A stretch of 64,000 nucleotides of DNA from a virus (IMGVR_UViG_2724679206_000002:1-64000); one strand, 5' to 3'. Shown: positions 29,150 through 41,095, counted from the first letter of the stretch. Numbers and translations are program-made. Notes: generated by a model from the sequence alone, not told the origin.

Positions 29150-29374
29150 ATGCTGACTAAAATCCGTTGCTGTAAAAAAGCCAATGATCAGTATGTTGAT
29201 TTAGATGACATTTCATATATTGAAGTTTCCGACACTGACTATTGCGGTGGAATGCGAGGGTATGAAAGTAAATATGCCAGCGTCATTTTAGGCATGAAAA
29301 ATGGTCTTACTGTGTTGCTGACAATGGAAAGAACTAAACTTGATGAGCTTACAGCACGTAAATCTCAAGTCTAA
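29150..29374 (+). CDS. Small hypothetical protein
   Basis: AAGGAG RBS. Confidence 0.55.
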   Translation: MLTKIRCCKKANDQYVDLDDISYIEVSDTDYCGGMRGYESKYASVILGMKNGLTVLLTMERTKLDELTARKSQV

Positions 29375-29449
29375 TTGGAACATTGCAAAACCTATACTGC
29401 GCTGAATTGCCAAAATAGCCCTAATAATCTACTTATTGGGGCTTTTTTC
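29375..29449 (+). promoter_or_regulatory. Late promoter motif plus hairpin (head protease)
   Basis: TTGGAAC-N29-CAAAAT; AGCCCTAATAA/TTATTGGGGCT plus T run. Confidence 0.8.
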
Positions 29450-30364
29450 ATGGCTGATACAGCTCGAAAAACCAAGAAAATCACATACAATTTATTTGAG
29501 CGCGGCCGCCAGCATTCAGGTAAAAACCGCGCCAATGTTGATATGAAAGAAATGATCAGTCAGATCAATCATCCTAAAGTTCAGGAAATGATTAAGTCAG
29601 GGACTTTGTACGGCTATAACGGACATGAGATCCGCCGCCGCTACGGCATGTTTCCGCCTGAATCCGTAGTCATTGATGGGAAAGTGGTGTACTTAGAAGC
29701 TGCATTCAGAACCATTGAATCCTATGCTGATAAAAATGGTGATGTAACCCATGTAGCAGAGTTTCTCGATAATGCAGCAGGGGAACATGCCCGCAAGCAG
29801 TATCTAGCCCGTGTTGGCGGTTTCAGCTCAGCTCAGGATTACCGCCGTTCTGGACTAGGTTTAGTGCCGGTTAATTTTTATGGATATGACTATGTCACAC
29901 AGCCAAACTATGTCACTAACGTAGGCGATGGCCAGCTGTTTGATGGACTGGCTGTACCTGAGCAGCAGGAAGGCCTCATTTCCTGTTTTGACAGTGCGAC
30001 AGATGTTTCCCTGCTATCGCCTTCAGAAGCGATGATTGCGAATATGCTGGAACAGCAGATTGTACGTGATTTCGATAATATTCATGCACAGTTCCAGCTG
30101 TATCAGTTTAATGAGCAGGCCTTGGATCAGGTAGATATGCTTGCCGCGCAGCTGGCTAAACGTGAACAGCGAGCAGTCTTGCAGGCCCAGCGTGAACAGG
30201 ATTTCTATACGGGCATGGTTGGAGAGATCCGTTCATTTGACTCTGTATGCGATGAAGCTGAGCAATTGCTGAATCAAAGTGAAATTGCGCGCATGCATAT
30301 CGATGGAGAAAAGCCGAAGCGCAATGCTGCCAAGAAAGGCACTAAAATCTTTGGGTGGGGTTAA
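29450..30364 (+). CDS. Putative prohead (head-processing) protease
   Basis: GYNGH, GGFSS and YDYV..PNY motifs of prohead serine proteases; start reassigned to ATG 29450. Confidence 0.65.
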   Translation: MADTARKTKKITYNLFERGRQHSGKNRANVDMKEMISQINHPKVQEMIKSGTLYGYNGHEIRRRYGMFPPESVVIDGKVVYLEAAFRTIESYADKNGDVTHVAEFLDNAAGEHARKQYLARVGGFSSAQDYRRSGLGLVPVNFYGYDYVTQPNYVTNVGDGQLFDGLAVPEQQEGLISCFDSATDVSLLSPSEAMIANMLEQQIVRDFDNIHAQFQLYQFNEQALDQVDMLAAQLAKREQRAVLQAQREQDFYTGMVGEIRSFDSVCDEAEQLLNQSEIARMHIDGEKPKRNAAKKGTKIFGWG

Positions 30365-31173
30365 TGATGAATATGCCCAAAGATCCTCAAAAATGCATTC
30401 AAGATGCCTGGTATAAAATGCTGGTCGATTTTCGGGCATGGTTCATGCCTGAAACTGTTCAGACGACAGAGTGGAAAAATCGGAATATCAGCACTGCAAT
30501 AAAGTCCTGTCCAAGCCGGCTTATGGATGATTCAGAATCGATGCTGGCTGAGTACCGCAAAAGCCAAAATGCTGATGTCTCAGGCGGCGCTACGGCGTTT
30601 ATGCCTATTATGCTGACAGCTACGGCATTGATTGATCAACCGCCCGATGTTAGCCAATTATTGCCGGTACCGTACTTTGTGCCGGCAGTGATCGACGAAA
30701 AGTATGTGAAGATCCGCTTAGTCGCAAAAACAGTACGAGCGCAATTGGCTTTCTATGCAACTAACTCACATGATGCGCGGTCGGTCTGCGATCAGTTCTG
30801 CACATACATGCAGGATGATGTTAAGCGCCGTATAGATGTTCCTTTTGAAATTTCCAGTACACATTCTGAATTCAGCAGCTTCACAGTTTTAGAAAACCAG
30901 TTGTTCCCATCACCGGTTCCCAGTGATGCCATCAACCTGTCTATTTTTACGATCGATGTCCAGCTGATCGGCTATGTTCCGCAGATTCTGGGACTGGGCG
31001 GGCCGAATGATAACAATACGGACAATGGTTATACCCCAGACGGATCTGCAATAGAAAAGCCATTGGACAATTCCGTAGTGATTCAAGCGGATAAGCTGGC
31101 TGAAGACGGGCATGTCCGAATTCATGCTGATAGAGATACGGGCGCCATTACAGAGGAAAACATTCATGAGTGA
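30364..31173 (+). CDS. Virion morphogenesis protein (possible tail terminator / head completion)
   Basis: TAATG-coupled to the protease; late operon context. Confidence 0.5.
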   Translation: MMNMPKDPQKCIQDAWYKMLVDFRAWFMPETVQTTEWKNRNISTAIKSCPSRLMDDSESMLAEYRKSQNADVSGGATAFMPIMLTATALIDQPPDVSQLLPVPYFVPAVIDEKYVKIRLVAKTVRAQLAFYATNSHDARSVCDQFCTYMQDDVKRRIDVPFEISSTHSEFSSFTVLENQLFPSPVPSDAINLSIFTIDVQLIGYVPQILGLGGPNDNNTDNGYTPDGSAIEKPLDNSVVIQADKLAEDGHVRIHADRDTGAITEENIHE

Positions 31174-31675
31174 TATGATCCGCATTGACAGCCGCGTGAC
31201 CGGTTTTTCAGATGATCCTGTACGCTTGATGGCAATGTGCTATCAGGACACAGGCGAAATCCTGCTGCAAAAGACGGAGATCTACACAACGTTAGCAGTG
31301 CCGCCGGATTTACGAAAAAATACGGTGGTTGTAACTGATTCACCCAATTTAATTAAGAATTGGCAGTTGAAATTTGACGCGCAGCAGCATCTTGAAGAAG
31401 TGATCCGCATTTACCAGGCAAGCTATCGCGGTGGGCTGGTCGAGTTTGAACCGTCAATTGCGCGGTACAATCCGATGAACATTCTTCAGGTGCGCAAAAT
31501 TGATAAGCGGGGCATGCAGCAAGAGTTCGACAGCAGTTCGCTTGATAATGGGCACATTGCAGCGCTGCTGGCAATTTGGGCAAGCCATAAGATAGCGACA
31601 GGGTACGGAGTGATGTCGAATCAAGTGCAGAAAGTGGATGATATCGATCCGACGATGTTGCCGTTTAGTATTTAA
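31166..31675 (+). CDS. Hypothetical late protein
   Basis: GAGG RBS before ATG 31166. Confidence 0.6.
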   Translation: MSDMIRIDSRVTGFSDDPVRLMAMCYQDTGEILLQKTEIYTTLAVPPDLRKNTVVVTDSPNLIKNWQLKFDAQQHLEEVIRIYQASYRGGLVEFEPSIARYNPMNILQVRKIDKRGMQQEFDSSSLDNGHIAALLAIWASHKIATGYGVMSNQVQKVDDIDPTMLPFSI

Positions 31676-31713
31676 AGCACTTAAGTGCTCTGCACATTGC
31701 ATGGCGCGGCATT

Positions 31714-31754
31714 TTGGAACAGCTGTAAAACATTAAATTTTAAAAACTTAGAAT
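31714..31754 (+). promoter_or_regulatory. Late promoter motif (terL)
   Basis: TTGGAAC-N28-TAGAAT. Confidence 0.75.
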
Positions 31755-31783
31755 AAAAATTATAATTCTTCTTCCTATTTTCA

Positions 31784-33790
31784 ATGGCACTCCAACCTCT
31801 TAAAGAAATCCCTGAATGGTGGGAACTCTGCACCCGCTACCGCTATGACATTTATGCCTTTGCGGTCGAAGCGCTGGGCATTACACCAACATGGCAGCAG
31901 GAACTTTTATTTGAGTCAATTGCCTTTGACGGCAGCCGCACATCTGTAGCATCCGGTCATGGCTGTTTTGGTAAAGGCACAAAGATCCGCTTAGCAAATG
32001 GCAAGTGGAAGCGTGTTGAAAAAATAACAATTAAAGACGCCGTACTGGGAAGTGACGGCATTACACCGAGGGAAGTGATCAGCACCGTTACAGGCTGGCA
32101 GGATCTCTACCGCTTTGAATATGAAAATGGCAAAAGCCATGTCTACAACAAGTCACACATCCTTTGTTTAATTTCACTTGAAACCAAAAACGGCTGGAAA
32201 GCCGGCGATACCATGGAAGTTTTGGTTTCTAAATGGCTGGAATGGCCTGAGGAAACTAAACGCCAATTTGCTGCCTACGAGCTGAAGCATAAGAAATACA
32301 TCCCAGTACGCATTGAGCGCGCCGTATCACTGGGAGAAGGCGAGTATTTCGGCTTTATGCTGGATGGTGATTCAACTTTCCTCACTGCTGACGGCATGGT
32401 GCATCACAATACAGGCAAAACCGCTTCGGCAGGGGTCGTTGCACTCTGGCATCTGCTGTTCTTTGATGAATCGATCATGATGTTTACTGCCCCGCAAATT
32501 GGGCAGCTGAAAAAACAGGTATGGAAAGAAATCAGCATTAACCTGGCGCGGCTTAAAAATGGCCCGCTGGCTTGGCTGGCTGATTATGTCGGTTTCCAGT
32601 CTGAACTGGTTTACATCAAAGGATCAAAAGAAAAGTGGTATGTCTTTGCCAAGACGGCTCCAAAACATCAGCCGACTAACCTTGCAGGGAACCATGGCGA
32701 CAATTACATGGTTTGGGTGGATGAGGCCAGCGGTGTAGCGGATGAAGTTCTGGATGTTGCATTTGGTGCCTTAACGCACGAAGACAACCGTGCGGTAATG
32801 ACTTCACAGCCTACCCGTAATGCGGGCATGTTCTATGAAACACATCATACGTTGAGCCACCGCTCTGGCGGTGTGTGGACTGCGCTTACATTCAACGGTG
32901 AAGAATCTCCGCTGGTCAGTAAGCAGTCTTTAGCGGAACAGCGCCAAAAGTACGGCAGCCGTGATGATCCTCAATATCAAATTCGTGTTTTAGGTCAATT
33001 CCCAGACCGTGCCGATGAATTCCTTATAACCAAGCGCCAAGCAGAAGATATGTACTGCGGCGCTTCAATATTTACTGAGCACATTTTTGGCTATGTGATC
33101 ACGGTCGATGTCGGCGGCGGTGTAGGCCGAGACGATTCTGTTATTGCTGTATCTAAAGTTTGGGGTGAAGCGCAATGGGGGGATCGGGCGCGGCGGGTTG
33201 AAGTGGTTGATATACCGCTTTGCAAGAATAGAGATGATATTACTGAGCTGTTCGCAAAAATTCATGAATGCATTTTGAAATATCCGAATGCCACGCTGGT
33301 TGTCGATGACAATGGCGCCGGCAAGGGCTTAGGCCAGCTGCTGAAGAAAAACGGCATCTGGTATATGCCTGTGCATTGGGGCGGCGCATGCTTCAATAAT
33401 GACAACCGCAAAGAGTATGTGAATAAACGCGCTTTGGCCTATGTGGGTCTTTACCGGGCGGTAGAGCAGGGCCGGTTTAAAATTAAAACCATTAAGTTCA
33501 AAATTAAGGTACAGGCTCAGATTATTAAGATCCCTTATACATTCGATGAGCACAGTCGCTATAAGATTTTCAGTAAGGATGAAATGAAACGCATGGGGAT
33601 TAAATCCCCCGATTTAGGTGATGTTTTCGCCTTCTTATTTTTGGAAAATGTGTTCTATACCGAAGCGTATGAAAATGTTGCTGTCTTGGATGAAAGTCCA
33701 GAGGCGCAGGAGCAGGCAGCAAGAAAATCACGTTTCAGTCAGCTGAAAGAAGCCGCGGAAAAAGAATTTGGAAAAGATGGGAATAAGTAA
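31784..33790 (+). CDS. terL: Terminase large subunit containing a mini-intein
   Basis: Walker A SGHG/TGKT split by the intein, Walker B VWVDEA, nuclease DVGGG, DDNG, SPDLGD. Confidence 0.93.
   Translation: MALQPLKEIPEWWELCTRYRYDIYAFAVEALGITPTWQQELLFESIAFDGSRTSVASGHGCFGKGTKIRLANGKWKRVEKITIKDAVLGSDGITPREVISTVTGWQDLYRFEYENGKSHVYNKSHILCLISLETKNGWKAGDTMEVLVSKWLEWPEETKRQFAAYELKHKKYIPVRIERAVSLGEGEYFGFMLDGDSTFLTADGMVHHNTGKTASAGVVALWHLLFFDESIMMFTAPQIGQLKKQVWKEISINLARLKNGPLAWLADYVGFQSELVYIKGSKEKWYVFAKTAPKHQPTNLAGNHGDNYMVWVDEASGVADEVLDVAFGALTHEDNRAVMTSQPTRNAGMFYETHHTLSHRSGGVWTALTFNGEESPLVSKQSLAEQRQKYGSRDDPQYQIRVLGQFPDRADEFLITKRQAEDMYCGASIFTEHIFGYVITVDVGGGVGRDDSVIAVSKVWGEAQWGDRARRVEVVDIPLCKNRDDITELFAKIHECILKYPNATLVVDDNGAGKGLGQLLKKNGIWYMPVHWGGACFNNDNRKEYVNKRALAYVGLYRAVEQGRFKIKTIKFKIKVQAQIIKIPYTFDEHSRYKIFSKDEMKRMGIKSPDLGDVFAFLFLENVFYTEAYENVAVLDESPEAQEQAARKSRFSQLKEAAEKEFGKDGNK
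31964..32410 (+). mobile_element. Mini-intein (149 aa, Hint domain only) in the TerL P-loop
   Basis: Starts CFGKGTKI, block B N.SH.L, ends FLTADGMVHHN followed by Thr; removal restores GHGTGKT. Confidence 0.92.
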
Positions 33791-33802
33791 AAGCCCCGCT
33801 AT

Positions 33803-33877
33803 TTGGAACAGCTCCCTAATTTTGAGCGGTGGAGTGCTTAGTATTCAGCTTTATCGTTAGAATTCGAGTACTGAATA
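33803..33877 (+). promoter_or_regulatory. Late promoter motif plus hairpin (TerL-nuclease paralog)
   Basis: TTGGAAC-N29-TAGTAT; TATTCAG/CTGAATA abutting the ATG. Confidence 0.75.
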
Positions 33878-34657
33878 ATGAAACAGGTATTTAAGACTGT
33901 AAACCTGCTGGCGGCAGGTGTCCAATTGCTCGGAGATTTAAAAGGGCCACTCCTGAATTTTAAGAATAATGTGCGCCGTAATAGAAATGACCCCAGCCCT
34001 AAATATAAGCAGCTATTTACACCTGAAATGATTAATAAAGCCTACTTAAACCCAGCGCTGCAGCTGAAAAATTTCGGACATTTCATTATTGTGAATGCAC
34101 GATATACAGCAGTTGCTGCGGTGCAAGGCAATACGTCTAAAACACGAAAGACGGTAGTTTTAGAGTTTAAAGAAAATAGGGCTATGAGTATTGACGATAT
34201 TCTACAGCTTTTATCCACATACCCTGCAGCAACACTCAGTGTTAATGATAATGGTGAGGGTAAATTCCTAGGCCAGTTATTAAAGAAAAACGGCATTTGG
34301 TATATGCCAGTGCACTGGGGTGGAAACTGCTTTAGTAATGACAATCGTAAAGAGTATGTCAATAAGCGTGCACAGTCTTATGCCTGCTTATCTTACGCAG
34401 TCAATACGTATAGCTTTAAAATTTGCCAGCCGCACAATAACGAAAAAGTATTGAAAGAACTCAAAAGCATTCGTTACAGCTTTGATGAGCGTTCACGCTT
34501 TAGAATCATGCCAGTATCTGAGATGCGTGAGATCGGGCTTGATGTTCCAGATATTGCAGATTTATTTGCCCAGATTTTTTTAGAAGGTACCGCGTATTCA
34601 TTGGAACTAAACAGTCCTGACTTATCCACGCCAGCTAACAATACCCAAAGTGATTAA
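33878..34657 (+). CDS. Stand-alone paralog of the TerL C-terminal nuclease domain, catalytically degenerate
   Basis: Shares LGQLLKKNGIWYMPVHWGG.CF.NDNRKEYVNKRA, FDE.SR and PD..D.FA..FLE with TerL. Confidence 0.85.
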   Translation: MKQVFKTVNLLAAGVQLLGDLKGPLLNFKNNVRRNRNDPSPKYKQLFTPEMINKAYLNPALQLKNFGHFIIVNARYTAVAAVQGNTSKTRKTVVLEFKENRAMSIDDILQLLSTYPAATLSVNDNGEGKFLGQLLKKNGIWYMPVHWGGNCFSNDNRKEYVNKRAQSYACLSYAVNTYSFKICQPHNNEKVLKELKSIRYSFDERSRFRIMPVSEMREIGLDVPDIADLFAQIFLEGTAYSLELNSPDLSTPANNTQSD

Positions 34658-34668
34658 TTGGGTGGATT
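34601..34668 (+). promoter_or_regulatory. Late promoter motif plus hairpin (tail fibre)
   Basis: TTGGAAC-N29-AACAAT; ACCCAA/TTGGGT. Confidence 0.75.
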
Positions 34669-36738
<2,070 letters not shown>

Positions 36739-36777
36739 TCTCAATTTAAGCCCCACGGATATGTGGGGCTTTTTAGT

Positions 36778-36819
36778 TTGGAATTGGCAGGTTTGTATTA
36801 TTTATCTGGCAACTACCAT
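36778..36819 (+). promoter_or_regulatory. Late promoter motif after a terminator
   Basis: TTGGAAT-N29-TACCAT; preceded by AAGCCCCAC/GTGGGGCTT terminator. Confidence 0.7.
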
Positions 36820-36846
36820 ATTTAAAAACGGCTTGAAGCAGCAGCA

Positions 36847-37116
36847 ATGATTAATGAATACCGCAATGCCATCCGCGACCATATCAACCGCTTAATTAAG
36901 CAGGGCAAGTTGAATCAGCTGATTGTCTGGGATATTCAGCAGGACGAAGCTCAAGATCCAACACTATTGAGTTTAAGAATGTACGGTTCAAGGGCATATA
37001 CAGACGCTATTCAGGTTGCATGCGGCACCAGCGGCATCTGGGAAAAACTGCCGGTTAAAAGAATAGCGGTCCCCCTGATCGCAGATGTTCTTGAATTTCG
37101 CCGTGAATATCTCTAA
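36847..37116 (+). CDS. Small virion/baseplate protein
   Basis: DPTLLSLRMYG LysM/tail-X-like pattern. Confidence 0.5.
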   Translation: MINEYRNAIRDHINRLIKQGKLNQLIVWDIQQDEAQDPTLLSLRMYGSRAYTDAIQVACGTSGIWEKLPVKRIAVPLIADVLEFRREYL

Positions 37117-37128
37117 GGAATATGACTC

Positions 37129-38235
37129 ATGGCTAATCCAACTCCTGATCAATTGCAGCAAGCTCATAAGCAAATGCAGGAAGCGCTGCGAAAAGGCGGG
37201 CTGCGCCATGATCTTCAAGGCCGCAGAAGTGCTGACAGCAAGCAGCGCGGCGAAGCTGATAAAGAATTCAACTATGATGAATTCGGCAGAAAAATTCCCA
37301 AGCCTACTTTTTTAAGACCTGCAGATATTGAAAAAGGTGAGAAGTACGATGTTGAACGCGTGCTGTATACAACACTTGGGCAGCAGAAAGGAGAAGCCCC
37401 GAGAAAGATCACCCGCGAAGATATTATGGCCTTCAAGGACAATATTGACCTTTTGCGGGAGCATTATTCTACAGGCATCAGTATTCAAAATATTATCAAC
37501 TTAAGTCATGCCGATGATATTGACCGCGCCAATGAGCAAATACATCTTGTTGTGCCGCTCAGCCGTAAAGACAGTCTTGTGCATCTGATGACCAATGCAG
37601 GACCGAAAAGCAAGGTGACGAATCATCACGTTGAAATTGAGTTCAGCAGCTTCAGTTCATTGGTTTCAAGCACCAGTCAAAATGCCGTCAACTTGGTTAA
37701 GCGCTGGTTATCCGGCGGCAAAATTAAATTCGAGTGTGACTGTGAGCGGCATACATTCTGGTACCGCTATATGGCTACGATTGGCGGCTATGCCTTAGGG
37801 CGTAAGGAAAATGGCTACCCGAAGCTTAGAAACCCTTTATTGTCTGGTGTGGCATGCAAGCACGTCCTGAAAGCAGTGCATTGGATTCAATCTCCATCAG
37901 GCATTGAGTACCTTAAAAAGGAAGTCCAAAAAGACCGGACCAAGCAGCTCAGTGTACGGAAAAAACAGACAGATCGGCAAATCTTGGCAGAATTGGACCA
38001 GCAAATAAGTGACTTGAATAAAGCCACTAAAGGCAAGATTCAGCCAAATGTGCAAAAAGCTGAAAAAGAAATGATCCGCCGCGCAGCAAAAGTTGCGAAG
38101 GAGTATTTTGCTGAGCAGGGAAAACAGGCCAAACACTTTCAGGATGCGCAGGACCGGACAAAATACACAGAATGGCGCAATAGTGGAATTGTGACTGATG
38201 ATGTTTATCAGGAATTGATGCGGAGATTTAAATAA
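37129..38235 (+). CDS. Late protein with SWIM-like CxC...CKH motif
   Basis: FECDCERH...GVACKHV. Confidence 0.65.
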   Translation: MANPTPDQLQQAHKQMQEALRKGGLRHDLQGRRSADSKQRGEADKEFNYDEFGRKIPKPTFLRPADIEKGEKYDVERVLYTTLGQQKGEAPRKITREDIMAFKDNIDLLREHYSTGISIQNIINLSHADDIDRANEQIHLVVPLSRKDSLVHLMTNAGPKSKVTNHHVEIEFSSFSSLVSSTSQNAVNLVKRWLSGGKIKFECDCERHTFWYRYMATIGGYALGRKENGYPKLRNPLLSGVACKHVLKAVHWIQSPSGIEYLKKEVQKDRTKQLSVRKKQTDRQILAELDQQISDLNKATKGKIQPNVQKAEKEMIRRAAKVAKEYFAEQGKQAKHFQDAQDRTKYTEWRNSGIVTDDVYQELMRRFK

Positions 38236-38792
38236 TGCTGAATAGAGCAGTCAACCGTGTAGCCAATGGCCGCCATATGGCCGCGCGCCGTATTGTGATG
38301 AATACCCTGACAAGTATTCCAGCTCAGGTTTGGCGCAAGCGCATTGTGTACAGCAATCCGGTTGAAGCTGGTAAGCCAGCCGATCCGCTTTCATTTGAAG
38401 CCAATGCGCTGTCTATTCAGGATGAGCCGAACTATGAATATGATCCGGTCGGGCATGCTTTTGTACTGGCTGACAAGTTCAATGGCGGCTATATCCATAA
38501 GAACAATTCTCTGAATAACCCTTCAGATCTGGCGATTTTGGCACAGGTTGAAGTCTATGATGCTCATTTGTCCACTTTGGCGGAACAGTTGCTGCAGGTG
38601 CCGGATACTGTGCTGAATGAAGGTGACTTGCTGGGGCTGATGGTCTACGAGGGTTTTATTTTGTGGTTTGAAATTGTTGGAATCAGTGGGCAAACATTGA
38701 TGTCTGATTTCGGCAAAAAGTATGTGTTGAACCGCCGTGATGAAATTGGACTTGATCCAGTGAAAAGCGAAGTTGAATCTCGAACAAACTAA
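38235..38792 (+). CDS. Putative head-completion protein
   Basis: TAATG-coupled late ORF. Confidence 0.5.
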   Translation: MLNRAVNRVANGRHMAARRIVMNTLTSIPAQVWRKRIVYSNPVEAGKPADPLSFEANALSIQDEPNYEYDPVGHAFVLADKFNGGYIHKNNSLNNPSDLAILAQVEVYDAHLSTLAEQLLQVPDTVLNEGDLLGLMVYEGFILWFEIVGISGQTLMSDFGKKYVLNRRDEIGLDPVKSEVESRTN

Positions 38793-38814
38793 TTTTTTTA
38801 GCAGGGTTGAAGCA

Positions 38815-39117
38815 ATGTCTTATTTAATTTTTCAAGAACACGCAAAGAAAGCGGGTGATCAAGGGGTGGCAATCCAATGCACTTCAGCAATTTTCAATTA
38901 CCAGGTCATTGGTGCAGGTGCAGCAGTTGAATTCTCTGGCAGCAATAAGCCCGATGCTGACCCGCTTGTCGATGAACATTGGGAGCCAATTGTGGCCTTG
39001 CAAGCCGGCATTCCTGATTCAGAGCTGTTTCGGCAGCATGCGTGGGATAAGATCCGCTATACAGTGACTGCAGGCGAAAGCGTTGAAATTTATGTCTCCA
39101 GCGGTGTCAGCGGATAA
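38815..39117 (+). CDS. Small beta-rich virion protein
   Basis: ORF followed by a terminator. Confidence 0.55.
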   Translation: MSYLIFQEHAKKAGDQGVAIQCTSAIFNYQVIGAGAAVEFSGSNKPDADPLVDEHWEPIVALQAGIPDSELFRQHAWDKIRYTVTAGESVEIYVSSGVSG

Positions 39118-39179
39118 GGATGCTTTGACGGCTTTAAAAAACCTGCAGTCAAGCAGGTTTTTTTATTTAAGTAATATCA

Positions 39180-39221
39180 TTGGAACTGTATAGAACAGCC
39201 TTTTCCAAGTCATGCGAATCT
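39180..39221 (+). promoter_or_regulatory. Late promoter motif (major capsid)
   Basis: TTGGAAC-N29-GAATCT after terminator AAAAACCTGC/GCAGGTTTTT. Confidence 0.72.
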
Positions 39222-39261
39222 ATTTCCATCAAAGATTTTAGACCCATGACAGGTAAAAAAT

Positions 39262-41025
39262 ATGTCTCTATCTGATTTAATGCAGCAGCAATTCAAAGCG
39301 CAAATGCTTGCAACACAGCAATGCCAGAACTATTTCTATAAAGACGGTGAAGAAACTGGCTTTGACAGCGCTATGGGTATGCCGGAAATTCGCCCACAGG
39401 CGCTGAATGAATTACTTGATATTATGGGCTTTGACAGCGCTTCTGATGTCGATGAAGCGATTAAGACAGGGATCAGCCAGTATCAATATTGCCACGGCGG
39501 CGAATTGCCTCACCCATCCATCATTGCAACGGCATTAAGCAACGGTGTCGCCATTGCTAAAAAAGTTTGCAGCTACAGTGATCAAGCGACTCAAGGCTAT
39601 GCAGATTTAGAAAAAGGCTTTGATGACATCAGCAATACCCATCAAGAATCAGTCAGTATCGTGCCAGCACTGTCAGTGACCACAATTGCAACAACGATTG
39701 CGTATGCCTCTCCAATTGTGGCTTATATTCCAAACAGCAACGGTTCAAATGAAGTACCGATTGTTGCTGCGCGTTTTGTCACTGACCGCACATTTGGCGC
39801 CATGGAAAAAAATGATTATCTCGATGGTGTACAGGCGGCAAAGCCATATGCTGAAGGGCGCTTCCGTTTTGCGCTCAGCAATGGCGGGGCTGGCGCCGTA
39901 TATACAGTAGTCGCACACACGCATTATGCGGACTATGCCGCTAAAACACCGGATATCAATGCGCCACTGCTGCCATTTATCAGCGGTAATGTTTCTATTC
40001 GTATTGCGGGCAAAGAAGTTGCGCACACCCGCAGCCGCAGCAAATCTAAACTTGCAGGCTCTATTTCTGCGATTGCTGAAAAAAATGCAAATATTGGCGG
40101 CGAAGTATACTCAGTGACTTCCAGCAATATTAATTTGGATACCAGTTCGATTTCAGTCACCTTGGATAAAGAGCTTCCTGACGGCATCAAGCTGGAAGTG
40201 TGTTTAATTGCTGATTTTGAAGCACGTGATGCTGCCAATAAATTCAAAATGGAACCGGTTGGCGTCAGCATGGAGCCTGAATACGAAACATTGGTCAGCG
40301 CGCCGATCATGACGCAAATCCGGGCATCGAAACTGCTGGTCAATCAGATATCAAGCGAACTGAAAGTCGGTTTTGTAGGAACTGCATTAGGACTGATGCA
40401 AGGTAAAATCTATCTTGAGCAGACGATCCGGCTGTTGGGTGAAGGTAAAGACCGTGCTTTATACAATGGCCGAGAGTTTACCTTTGATGCTTCCCGCGGT
40501 GTAACGGGCAATTTAGCTGCGGCATATAACACTTCTGGCGATTTGTTCGGCGAATTCATGAAGTATCTTGAAGCGGCGAAGTTAGGGATTGTTCAGGATT
40601 CTGGCGGCGCTACAGTCGGTTTTGATTTGTATGTCGGCGATACGGCTAAAATTTTCTTTGCACAGCTGTCATCAGACAAAATGCCAGTGAAAACAGGTGC
40701 TACTGCCGGCCATGGTCAAATTGTACGGATTGGTACATTGGCTGACGGCACTAATGTTTATCACGTGCCAAGCTCTGCCGCTGTGCTGAATGAAGCAGGC
40801 CAAGCTTTTGAAATGCTGCTGATTGGCCGAGGTAATGAACCAGTACGCAATCCATTTATCGGCTTTACGGAAATGCCGCTGACAGTGAGTGAAGCGACTC
40901 CAGATCCGCGTGAACAGCTGATTGCCTTAATTGGATCACAGGCTGCAGAACTTAACCCGCTGGACCGCTATGCTGATCAGTTTGCATTGATCAACGCGAT
41001 CAACATGCCAAAACTCAAAAACTAA
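39262..41025 (+). CDS. Major capsid protein (P1 gp23-like) with FDS-containing N-terminal propeptide
   Basis: 587 aa, own promoter and terminator, RIGTL.DGTNVYH pattern; N-terminal GFDSA, GFDSA, GFDD. Confidence 0.7.
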   Translation: MSLSDLMQQQFKAQMLATQQCQNYFYKDGEETGFDSAMGMPEIRPQALNELLDIMGFDSASDVDEAIKTGISQYQYCHGGELPHPSIIATALSNGVAIAKKVCSYSDQATQGYADLEKGFDDISNTHQESVSIVPALSVTTIATTIAYASPIVAYIPNSNGSNEVPIVAARFVTDRTFGAMEKNDYLDGVQAAKPYAEGRFRFALSNGGAGAVYTVVAHTHYADYAAKTPDINAPLLPFISGNVSIRIAGKEVAHTRSRSKSKLAGSISAIAEKNANIGGEVYSVTSSNINLDTSSISVTLDKELPDGIKLEVCLIADFEARDAANKFKMEPVGVSMEPEYETLVSAPIMTQIRASKLLVNQISSELKVGFVGTALGLMQGKIYLEQTIRLLGEGKDRALYNGREFTFDASRGVTGNLAAAYNTSGDLFGEFMKYLEAAKLGIVQDSGGATVGFDLYVGDTAKIFFAQLSSDKMPVKTGATAGHGQIVRIGTLADGTNVYHVPSSAAVLNEAGQAFEMLLIGRGNEPVRNPFIGFTEMPLTVSEATPDPREQLIALIGSQAAELNPLDRYADQFALINAINMPKLKN

Positions 41026-41095
41026 AATTCAGTAAATTAAGGCGCATTGAATATGCGCCTTATTTCATTTTCTAATTTGATTAAGGGTGATTAAG

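Noticed and set aside
29375-29449. ORF-track starts at the TTG of TTGGAAC (29375, 60656) and similar upstream extensions (28422, 42828, 47070)
   Set aside because: These extensions run through the promoter or hairpin; downstream ATGs fit better
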